Assembly: GCA_026983935.1 (NCBI GenBank)
Contig: JALSTC010000047.1
Span: forward strand, 1 to 24,141
From: Ardenticatenia bacterium
GTDB taxonomy: Bacteria; Chloroflexota; Anaerolineae; Aggregatilineales; Ch27
Length of the DNA stretch: 24,141 nt
Reading direction: 5' to 3'
Made by a program: the position numbers and the translations under genes. Positions 11,885 to 19,383 of this stretch are shown here, in pieces (position 1 is the stretch's first letter; the number at the start of each line of letters is the position of its first letter). A model generated the notes under the pieces. It had not been told where the DNA came from and made no database searches. It saw only the letters and a list, made by a program, of their open reading frames with translations.

Positions 11885-13081
11885 TCACTCCTCAATCAGG
11901 TAGTCACGAAGCATGAGCGCGGAGGAGTGCCGCAGCCGGTTCAGGGCCTGCGCCTCCAACTGCCTGACGCGCTCTCGCGTAACACCGATTTCTTTGCCAA
12001 CTTCCTCCAGCGTGTAGACACGCCCGTCTTTCAGGCCATAACGAAGCTGGAGAATATAGGCCTCACGTTCGGGCAGCCTTTTCAGCAGCTCTCCCACCTG
12101 CTCCCGCAGCAGGTTCTCCGCGACGAGTTGAGGTGGTGAAGGAGAACTTGCATCCTCGATGAAATCACCAATTTCTGCATCTTCCTCGTCGTTGGTCGGT
12201 TCATCCAGGCTGACCGGTCGGCGGGAGACTTCCATTAGTTCGGTCACTTTCTCGGGTTCAATCTCCATGCGGGCCGCGATTTCCTCAATGGTCGGGTCAC
12301 GGCCAAGCTGCTGTGCCAGCAGAGCGGAAATCCGGGACAGCTTGTTGATCTGATCTCCCATATGGACGGGCACACGGATCGTGCGGCCCTGGTCGGCTAC
12401 TGCCCGACTGACAGCCTGCCGAATCCACCATGTGGCGTAGGTGCTGAATTTGTGGCCGCGTTGATACTCAAACTTACGGACGGCTCGGATCAAACCGATG
12501 TTGCCCTCCTGTATCAAGTCCAGAAACGGAACGCCGCGCCCAACATACTTCTTGGCAATGCTGATCACCAGTCGTGCGTTGGCCCGGACAAGATGCTCCT
12601 GTGCCCTGTCGGCATCCTCAATAACGGCTTCCAGTTCTGCTCGCTGTTCCGGCGAAAGCTCATCACCATATGCCTCAAGCTGTTCGCGTGCTATCGTGCC
12701 GGCTTCAATGCGCTTGGCAAGTTCAACCTCTTCCTCTGCCGTAAGCAGGGGGACGCGACCAGCTTCCTTCAGGTACAGACCGACGACATCATCGGAATCC
12801 AGTGCCTGCTGATAGCCCAGGTCTTGCCGCAGGTCTACCCTGTCAATGGTATTGAGATTTTCTGACTGCGCAACATCACCCGCTGAGGAGTCTTCCGCTT
12901 CTTTAGCCGGAGTGCTCTCCAGCACAGTGATACCGGCTTCTGCCAGGCGATCCAGTATCTCGTCAAGGTGGGCAACCTGATCTTGTTCTGATGCTGGCAG
13001 GGCAGCAAGGATGTCATCATAGGTAAGATGTCCTTGTTCCGCGCCCTTTGATAATAGCCAGTCGAGAATGGAATCTTGCAT
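11885..13081 (-). CDS. rpoD: RpoD/SigA-family sigma-70 factor (regions 1.1, 1.2, 2, 3, 4)
   Basis: GHLTYDDI (1.1), [16 protein letters not shown] (1.2), [50 protein letters not shown]...[10 protein letters not shown]. Whether it is the primary sigma or a paralogue is unresolved. Start set at ATG 13081. Confidence 0.93.
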   Translation of the reverse strand: MQDSILDWLLSKGAEQGHLTYDDILAALPASEQDQVAHLDEILDRLAEAGITVLESTPAKEAEDSSAGDVAQSENLNTIDRVDLRQDLGYQQALDSDDVVGLYLKEAGRVPLLTAEEEVELAKRIEAGTIAREQLEAYGDELSPEQRAELEAVIEDADRAQEHLVRANARLVISIAKKYVGRGVPFLDLIQEGNIGLIRAVRKFEYQRGHKFSTYATWWIRQAVSRAVADQGRTIRVPVHMGDQINKLSRISALLAQQLGRDPTIEEIAARMEIEPEKVTELMEVSRRPVSLDEPTNDEEDAEIGDFIEDASSPSPPQLVAENLLREQVGELLKRLPEREAYILQLRYGLKDGRVYTLEEVGKEIGVTRERVRQLEAQALNRLRHSSALMLRDYLIEE

Positions 13082-13104
13082 CGTTACATACCGTGTCAAC
13101 GGGC

Positions 13105-13133
13105 AAAAAAGCCTTGTTGTCAATCACAAGGCT
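13105..13133 (-). terminator. Intrinsic-terminator-like hairpin immediately upstream of the sigma gene, on the same strand
   Basis: Minus strand reads agccttgt-gattgaca-acaaggct-ttttt: perfect 8-bp stem, 8-nt loop and U-tract, ending about 24 nt before ATG 13081. Confidence 0.6.
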
Positions 13134-13249
13134 GCTGCTACAAAATGGTGCGTCCTGCTGTTGTCTGGCAGCGTGAAGGCGTGCTGCGTGTCTCGGCGCG
13201 CTACCAGTTCATACGACTTTTTTGATTACCAGTCCAGGTGTGCTGTCAG

Positions 13250-13255
13250 ATTATA
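13250..13255 (-). promoter_or_regulatory. Candidate -10 element (TATAAT) for the sigma-factor leader
   Basis: Perfect TATAAT on the minus strand; the -35 position is poor (gtggga). Confidence 0.4.
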
Positions 13256-13486
13256 ACCCGTCGAATGGATATTCCCACTGCTTTCGCAATGGCGCAATGG
13301 TTGTTTTATGGTGGGGGTGCGTGAGTCGTCTTGCATGCGAAGGATTAAAGTATTTGCCCGTCGGCTGGTTCGCTTTTATAGTTAATGTACGGATCGCGGC
13401 CTGTCGCTCTGGTTTTGGGCAGGGGATCAATAGATCAGCGGTAGAATAGCGAGTCGTTTGATGTTTAATAACGGGGTGCACGACGG

Positions 13487-15481
13487 GTGAATTTTACCGG
13501 TGAACGGATTGGCCCATATTATGTGCGTGAGCGTATTGGACGAGGCGGTGGCGCTGATGTATATCGAGCCTATCAGCCCTCGATCCGGCGTGAAGTGGCG
13601 CTTAAGATAATTCCTTTTGGGCAGGACACCGCAAGCAGCGCTGTGCGGCAGCAGTTCGAACGCGAAGCTGCAATGATTGCTGCCCTGGAACATCCCCACA
13701 TTCTGCCTGTCTTTGACTATGGATTCTCCGGCGATGTTGTGTATCTGGCTATGCGTTTGCTTAAAGGGGGTACATTGCAGGACTGGCTGGGGCGCGGTTT
13801 TGAATCCATGCAGGAGATCGCGGCCTTGCTCAAACAGATCGCTTCGGCGCTGGGATATGCCCACCGACGCGGTGTGATACACCGTGACTTAAAGCCGAGC
13901 AACATTCTCATTGACCGCGAGCGTAACGCTTATCTGGCTGACTTTGGGCTGGCCAGAGTGTTGGGCAGTGTTACAGGCGCATCCTCAACGAACACAGTGG
14001 TGGGTACGCCTGCTTATATGGCCCCGGAGCAGTTGCGGGGCGAGCCGATCGATCACCGGGCGGATATCTACAGTCTTGGTATGATCTTGTGCCACATGAT
14101 TGGGGGACGGTTGCCTGCTGAATCGCTGTTGATTTCTGGCCCATATTCTCCCCGCATTGAGCTGCCTCGTCCGCTGCCGCGAGACATCGATTTGGAGGTG
14201 ACGCCAGCCATTGAGGCCGTGATCCTGCGTGCACTGCGAGAGAATCCAGAGGATCGCTTCGATAGTGCCGAGCAAATGGCATATCTGCTGGATGAAGCAC
14301 TGGGGCAGGAGCAGCAGGAGGGGAGCCATCAGTCTGATAGACATGAACTGATCCCCCCACGTGTCAAGCAGGAAGAGGGTGGCATCTCGCTCAACTCTGA
14401 AGGTGCACATGATGCCCCTCGCCGCTTGTTGCGTCTGCTGGGGATAGGACTGCCCCTGCTGCTGGTACTGCTGATTCTGGCGGTATTGGTCGGGCGACTG
14501 CAGCCGCAGGGCAGTTCTGAGGCTGCCTTACCAACGATCGTTGCAGGTGTGGAAGGCGCACCGGACGAGGTCATTCCTTCGGCGGGGGAAATCGTGCAGG
14601 CTCGCAGTCGTCTTAGCCGCACGGGATTCATCGCTTATGTTACCTGCAACCAGGAGAGCGTGTTTTTTGCCACACTGGCCCGGCGCATGCAGGACGTAGC
14701 TGCGCAGTATGGCCTGGATTACCGCATATATGACAGCGAGACAGATCCGAATCTGGAACTCATACAGATTGAACGCGCAAGAGTGGATGGGGCGGCGGCA
14801 CTGATTGTGTGTGTACTTGACATGGATTTGCTGGAGGATTCACTTTCCGCGATCCAGGCCGCCCGGATTCCACTGATCCTGCATAATGTCAGCGAGCCGC
14901 CAAGCTACGGTGGTGTACTGGTGACGCACGACAACTACCAGTTGGGCTTTACTCCGGGTCAGGCTGCCGGTCGGATTGCTCTTGATGAATTCGGATCACA
15001 ACAGATCAATGCTATTCTCCTTGATTTCCCATCCCTGCCGGCGATTGTTGCCCGCGCAGATGGCCTGGAAGCAGGTTTTCTCTCGGCAGCGCCCGGTGCA
15101 TCAATTGTTGGTCGCTATCTGGGCGGAACCACTGAATTTGCCGAGGATTCTGTTCAGGGGCTTATTGAGGAAGGCGTGAACTTCAATGTGGTGCTCAGCA
15201 TCAATGATGCCGGGGCATACGGGGCGATCCGTGCTCTGGAAGCGGCAGATATTGATCCGTCCTCGGTGATTATTGCCAGTGTGGACGCTGAAGCCCTGGC
15301 CCGGCAGTATATTCGCGATGGTTACTATATGCGCGTTTCGATTGGGGTCGGCAGTGAAGTGATTCCGCGCACCACGATCAATGCCCTGGTGAAGCTGTTG
15401 GCTGGTTCGACGGTGCCCCAGATTATTCTGACGCCGCCAGGAGAGTTGGTAACTTTTGAGAACCAGGTGGTCACAGATTAG
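13487..15481 (+). CDS. Hanks-type Ser/Thr protein kinase - single TM helix - RbsB-like (type I periplasmic binding protein) sugar-binding domain
   Basis: Kinase motifs GRGGGADVY, VALK, HRDLKPSN, DFGLAR, GTPAYMAPE, DIYSLG are all intact. TM LLGIGLPLLLVLLILAVLV. C-terminal FIAYVTCNQESVFF...DNYQLG...ARADG...SINDAGAYGA...SVDA matches PBP1 sugar-binding proteins. Confidence 0.9.
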   Translation: MNFTGERIGPYYVRERIGRGGGADVYRAYQPSIRREVALKIIPFGQDTASSAVRQQFEREAAMIAALEHPHILPVFDYGFSGDVVYLAMRLLKGGTLQDWLGRGFESMQEIAALLKQIASALGYAHRRGVIHRDLKPSNILIDRERNAYLADFGLARVLGSVTGASSTNTVVGTPAYMAPEQLRGEPIDHRADIYSLGMILCHMIGGRLPAESLLISGPYSPRIELPRPLPRDIDLEVTPAIEAVILRALRENPEDRFDSAEQMAYLLDEALGQEQQEGSHQSDRHELIPPRVKQEEGGISLNSEGAHDAPRRLLRLLGIGLPLLLVLLILAVLVGRLQPQGSSEAALPTIVAGVEGAPDEVIPSAGEIVQARSRLSRTGFIAYVTCNQESVFFATLARRMQDVAAQYGLDYRIYDSETDPNLELIQIERARVDGAAALIVCVLDMDLLEDSLSAIQAARIPLILHNVSEPPSYGGVLVTHDNYQLGFTPGQAAGRIALDEFGSQQINAILLDFPSLPAIVARADGLEAGFLSAAPGASIVGRYLGGTTEFAEDSVQGLIEEGVNFNVVLSINDAGAYGAIRALEAADIDPSSVIIASVDAEALARQYIRDGYYMRVSIGVGSEVIPRTTINALVKLLAGSTVPQIILTPPGELVTFENQVVTD

Positions 15482-15522
15482 ACTTGGCTCATAATGTTAT
15501 GTAGAGCAGTCTGGAGGACATA

Positions 15523-15573
15523 TTGACGCCGCCAACCGCTGAAATTCAGAAGGTGGGCGGTTTGTCACGATAA
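15523..15573 (+). CDS. Candidate 16-aa leader peptide (MTPPTAEIQKVGGLSR) upstream of the GNAT gene
   Basis: GGAGG at 15513-15517, 5-nt spacer, TTG start, TAA at 15571-15573, then 6 nt to the GNAT ATG (same frame). Confidence 0.4.
   Translation: MTPPTAEIQKVGGLSR
15529..15560 (+). other. Interrupted GC-rich hairpin within the candidate leader ORF
   Basis: ccgcc/ggcgg, acc/ggt and ctga/tcag helices around an aat loop, followed by ttt. Confidence 0.45.
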
Positions 15574-15579
15574 AGAGCA

Positions 15580-16134
15580 ATGGTTACAGAGCGGAAACTT
15601 CAATTCAGTATTCGCGCAGCAGCGGCAGAAGATTTGCCCGCCTGCCTGGCCCTTGATCATTCCTCGACCAGCGATTATGTATGGCAGGTTGAAACCGAGG
15701 AAACTCAGGGGCGAACCAGCTATGTCTTCAGAACAGTGCGCCTCCCACGCACGATGACCGTGATGTATCCTCTGGGGCATGAGGCTGTTCTGGCTGCATG
15801 GCAGCGGCGCGACTTTTTTCTGGTTGCCGAGCATGAGGGGACGATTTACGGCTACCTTGTCATACGTCCGGATCACGCCCACAGCATCGGCTGGATTGAA
15901 GGGTTGGTTGTCGGGCGTGCATGGCGGCGGCGTGGAGTGGGGAGCGCGCTTTTGGGATACGCCCGCCAGTGGGCTGGCGCGAACAGTTTACGGCGACTCA
16001 TGATTGAAACGCAGACCAAGAATTATGCGGCCATCACGTTTTGCCAGCGGCAGGGTTTTGTTTTCTGTGGTTTCAACGATCGCTATTACCTGAACCAGGA
16101 CATTGCGTTATTCTTTAATCAGAATATCCGCTGA
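15580..16134 (+). CDS. GNAT family N-acetyltransferase (C-terminus reminiscent of streptothricin acetyltransferase SatA-type enzymes)
   Basis: Acetyl-CoA motif A LVVGRAWRRRGVGSALL; IETQTKNYAAITFCQRQGFVFCGFNDRYY. Confidence 0.88.
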   Translation: MVTERKLQFSIRAAAAEDLPACLALDHSSTSDYVWQVETEETQGRTSYVFRTVRLPRTMTVMYPLGHEAVLAAWQRRDFFLVAEHEGTIYGYLVIRPDHAHSIGWIEGLVVGRAWRRRGVGSALLGYARQWAGANSLRRLMIETQTKNYAAITFCQRQGFVFCGFNDRYYLNQDIALFFNQNIR

Positions 16135-16146
16135 ACTGGGGTTGCT

Positions 16147-18081
16147 ATGGCGTTGGGTTTTGAAGGATTCTTGCAGCTTACGAATGAAGCGCTGACAGCG
16201 ATCATCGTTATTGTTGCGGCGTCCATGCTGCTTTACAACCTGTCTCGAAATCTACACGCGCCTGTTGTGCAGGCATCCAGCGTGTTGTTGGCCTGTGTCA
16301 CGGTGGTATCCACTGTGGATGTGTTCACATCGTTGAACCCGACCACACTGTCACTGCGGGCCTGGCTGCGTGTGCAGTGGATCGGCATTGCCTTTGCCCC
16401 CGCAGCTATGTTCCACCTGTCAGATGCACTGCTGGCAACGACCGGCCTGGTTTCACGTGGGCGGCGGCGGCGTGTCATGCGCATTCTGTATGTCTTCAGC
16501 ATCCTCTTCTTGATCATGGCTGCATTTTCCGATGCGCTGGTTTACGGCCTTGTGCGTGATCCTGCCCCGCATCTGCGGGCCGGCCCGGTTTTTCCATTGT
16601 TCAGTACGTTTTTCCTGCTGGCGACGATTGTCTCGATCTACAATGTTTTGCGGGCGCGGCAGCGCTGCCTGACAACCTACACGCGCCGCCGAATGAGTTA
16701 TCTTCTGTACTCATTTACCATGCCTGCACTGGGTATCTTCCCCTATTCCCTGCTGTTCACGCAGACTGGTGATTCCTCTCTTCTATTCTGGCTGCTGGTG
16801 AACGTGGGGAATCTCGGCATTATTTTGATGCTGTTGTTTATCGCCTATCCGCTGGCCTTCTTTGGCTCCAGCATCCCGGACCGTGTCGTTAAGGCAGAGC
16901 TGCTGCGTTTCTTCCTGCGCGGCCCCTTTGCCGGAATTCTTGTGCTGCTGGTCATACTCTACCTGCCGCAGGCCGGACGCATCCTGGGATTGCCGGGCGA
17001 GGAGTTTATGCCGTTTGCTGCGGTAGCTGTGGTGATGTTCTGGCAGTGGATGGTTTCACTGGCGATGCCGCGACTGGAACAGTATCTGGTTTACCTCGAT
17101 GATCAGTCGCAAATACGCATGATCCAGTCGGTCAGTCAGCGGCTGCTCACAAGGTCGGATCTCCTTCAGCTTTTTGAATCGATTCTGGCCGCGACATGCG
17201 ATTTACTGCGTGTGCCAATTGGGTTTATCGCTGTTTTTCAGGGGGAAGAAGTGCGGATCGAGCAGTCCATTGGTGAGTGGTCACCGCAGGAAACTATCAG
17301 CAACGGTGCTGAACTGCAGCAGATGTTTGCGGCAGAGTCAGATGATGCCAGCACGATCAAAGTCTGGAACGGTTTCTGGCTTGTGCCGTTGTACAGTGAA
17401 CGTATGTGGGAGGACCCGGACAACGGTGTAGAGATGCATCGTTTGCTGGGTGTGCTGGGTGTTGGTGCACGTAGCGATTCCCCCGCTCTATCGGAAGAAG
17501 AGCAGCGCGTGTTTGACACACTGGTATCGCAGGCTGCGCAGGCACTGGACGATCGGCTGCTGCAGCGGGAAGTCTTCGCCGCGCTGGAAGGGCTGCTCCC
17601 TGAAATTGATGCCCTCCAGCGGTTGCGAGACATGTCTCGTTATGGCGGCTTCCCTGTGTTCACTCAGGGCCTGCCTTCGAACGGCGTTCAATCTCCAGAT
17701 TTTGTCAACGCTGTAAGGGATGCGCTGCGCGATTACTGGGGCGGCCCCCGGCTGACGCAGAGTCCCTTGCTGGGTCTGAATATTGTGCAGGAGGCGCTGC
17801 CTGATAATGAGGAAAATCCGACACGTGCACTGCGAGCCGTTCTACAGGAGGCGATCAATCGGCTTCGTCCGGCTGGGGAACGGAGTACGACACGTGCCGA
17901 ATGGACCCTGTACAATATTGTCGATCTGCGATTTGTTCAGGGTTATAAAGTGCGAGATGTTGCCCGGAGGCTGGCCATGAGCGAGGCAGACCTGTATCGA
18001 AAGCAGCGCCTGGCTATTGAGGAAGTGGCACGTGTGCTGCTTGAGATGGAACACGCACCGCGGATCCATGAAAAAAAATAG
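16147..18081 (+). CDS. Multi-pass membrane protein: HisKA_7TM-like sensor region + GAF-like domain + C-terminal helix-turn-helix
   Basis: About 9 hydrophobic segments in aa 10-305; GAF-like segment (LVPL...LLGVLGV...LSEEEQRVFDTLVSQAAQAL); C-terminal LRFVQGYKVRDVARRLAMSEADLYRKQRLA HTH. No H-box or N/G boxes seen. Confidence 0.75.
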   Translation: MALGFEGFLQLTNEALTAIIVIVAASMLLYNLSRNLHAPVVQASSVLLACVTVVSTVDVFTSLNPTTLSLRAWLRVQWIGIAFAPAAMFHLSDALLATTGLVSRGRRRRVMRILYVFSILFLIMAAFSDALVYGLVRDPAPHLRAGPVFPLFSTFFLLATIVSIYNVLRARQRCLTTYTRRRMSYLLYSFTMPALGIFPYSLLFTQTGDSSLLFWLLVNVGNLGIILMLLFIAYPLAFFGSSIPDRVVKAELLRFFLRGPFAGILVLLVILYLPQAGRILGLPGEEFMPFAAVAVVMFWQWMVSLAMPRLEQYLVYLDDQSQIRMIQSVSQRLLTRSDLLQLFESILAATCDLLRVPIGFIAVFQGEEVRIEQSIGEWSPQETISNGAELQQMFAAESDDASTIKVWNGFWLVPLYSERMWEDPDNGVEMHRLLGVLGVGARSDSPALSEEEQRVFDTLVSQAAQALDDRLLQREVFAALEGLLPEIDALQRLRDMSRYGGFPVFTQGLPSNGVQSPDFVNAVRDALRDYWGGPRLTQSPLLGLNIVQEALPDNEENPTRALRAVLQEAINRLRPAGERSTTRAEWTLYNIVDLRFVQGYKVRDVARRLAMSEADLYRKQRLAIEEVARVLLEMEHAPRIHEKK

Positions 18082-18112
18082 ACGGTATTGTTTGTGCTTT
18101 GTTGATAGTTAG

Positions 18113-18141
18113 TTGACAAGAGTTTTATGGTTTCCTATAAT
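18113..18141 (+). promoter_or_regulatory. Perfect-consensus sigma70 promoter for the S1-domain gene
   Basis: TTGACA (18113-18118), 17-bp spacer, TATAAT (18136-18141), with an AT-rich upstream tract. Confidence 0.9.
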
Positions 18142-18218
18142 GACGCCGCCTGAAGGTGCAGATTTTCTCAATTTGCTGTAATCATATTCGTTGGAAGCTG
18201 AGGAGAAGGGGAAGTGTG

Positions 18219-19214
18219 ATGTCACAAACAAGCAGCAAGGGGGGACACACATCATCATCGCCATCGGTTGACGAAGCATACTGGGCAGCATTGCTTCAAG
18301 AAGGGGAAATGATCCCGGAAGAGCATGTGCAGTCGTCGGAAGACTGGAACGAAGTTGCGTATGAGTATGCCCGAACTCGTCCCACGACTGAAACTGGAGA
18401 GTACGTTTTTCCGCGCCCTGAAGACTGGGAAGAGATGCGCAGGATTATGAACGCCGATTCCACGCTCGAGTTGCCAGTTATTGGCAGTAATCGTGGGGGG
18501 CTTCTCGTACAGTGGAAGAGTCTGCGGGGTTTTGTTCCGGCCAGTCAGCTCGTAAATTTCCAGGCATCATCTAATGATCATATGCGGCGCGGTGAGCTGT
18601 CCAGTTATGTTGGGCAACAACTGGCATTACGTGTCATTGAGCTTGATGAAGCCCAGAACAGACTTATTTTTTCGGAACGTGCGGCTCAAGTCGATCCGGG
18701 TACGCGAGCGGCTATTCTGGAGCGATTGCAGAGCGGGGATGTCTGCCAGGGAACAGTGACCAACGTTTGCGATTTTGGCGTTTTTGTTGATCTGGGAGGC
18801 GTTGAAGGACTGATCCACATCTCGGAATTGAGCTGGGGCCGTGTTGGCCATCCGGGCGATGTTCTGAAGCGCGGCGAGTACGTTTCTGTCTATGTGATGG
18901 ATGTTAATCAGGAAGAGGGCCGAGTAGCACTCAGTCTGAAGCGCCTGCAACCCGACCCCTGGGAGACGGTTGACCAACGCTACCACGTCGGGCAGATTGT
19001 GGAAGGCGTGATCACCAATGTCGTTGATTTTGGTGCCTTTGCCTGCATTGAGGATGGACTGGAAGGCTTGATCCACATTTCTGAGCTGGCAGAAGGGCAC
19101 TTTCTGCACCCTCGCAATGTTGTACGTGAGGGTGATGTTGTCCGTGCCCGCATTCTCAACATTGATGGTCCGTCGCGGCGGCTTGGACTGAGTCTGAGGG
19201 AACTTGGCGATTGA
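18219..19214 (+). CDS. Ribosomal protein S1-like protein with three S1 domains
   Basis: NRGGLLV...GFVPASQL, DFGVFVDLGGVEGLIHISELSW and DFGAFACIEDGLEGLIHISEL repeats resemble S1 domains 2-4. GAGGAG/AAGGGG RBS. Start ATG 18219 (GTG 18216 alternative). Confidence 0.88.
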   Translation: MSQTSSKGGHTSSSPSVDEAYWAALLQEGEMIPEEHVQSSEDWNEVAYEYARTRPTTETGEYVFPRPEDWEEMRRIMNADSTLELPVIGSNRGGLLVQWKSLRGFVPASQLVNFQASSNDHMRRGELSSYVGQQLALRVIELDEAQNRLIFSERAAQVDPGTRAAILERLQSGDVCQGTVTNVCDFGVFVDLGGVEGLIHISELSWGRVGHPGDVLKRGEYVSVYVMDVNQEEGRVALSLKRLQPDPWETVDQRYHVGQIVEGVITNVVDFGAFACIEDGLEGLIHISELAEGHFLHPRNVVREGDVVRARILNIDGPSRRLGLSLRELGD

Positions 19215-19234
19215 CCCTGTGGCATTCAAAGATT

Positions 19235-19280
19235 GAGCCGCGCTTTTCGGATGTGTGATGAGCGCGGCTTATTTTTATTT
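19235..19280 (+). terminator. Intrinsic terminator after the S1-like gene
   Basis: 9-bp perfect stem agccgcgct / agcgcggct with a 16-nt loop, followed by tatttttattt. Confidence 0.75.
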
Positions 19281-19292
19281 GTGGAACGGGTG

Positions 19293-19345
19293 TGCTATGA
19301 TGGGCATTGATAGACAGCCCTGTCGTGCCCGCAAAATGGTAGAAT
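19293..19345 (+). promoter_or_regulatory. Two candidate extended -10 promoters for ftsK
   Basis: TG-c-TATGAT (19293-19301) and TG-g-TAGAAT (19337-19345), between the terminator and the ftsK ATG. Confidence 0.5.
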
Positions 19346-19383
19346 AATAGGCACTGTACAGCAGATGGTATCGGACTGTATGC

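Noticed and set aside
11084-12865. Long plus-strand ORFs 11084-12139 (351 aa) and 12362-12865
   Set aside because: Antisense to the LiaF-like and sigma genes; long shadow ORFs are common in GC-rich coding DNA and these lack an RBS or family motifs.
13068-13481. Small ORFs of 62-76 aa in the sigma/kinase intergenic region
   Set aside because: No RBS, no recognisable motifs, and they overlap promoter- and terminator-like elements.
15524-18150. Shared 10-mer tgacgccgcc in two intergenic regions (15524 and 18141)
   Set aside because: About one such match is expected by chance among the intergenic DNA, and the contexts differ.
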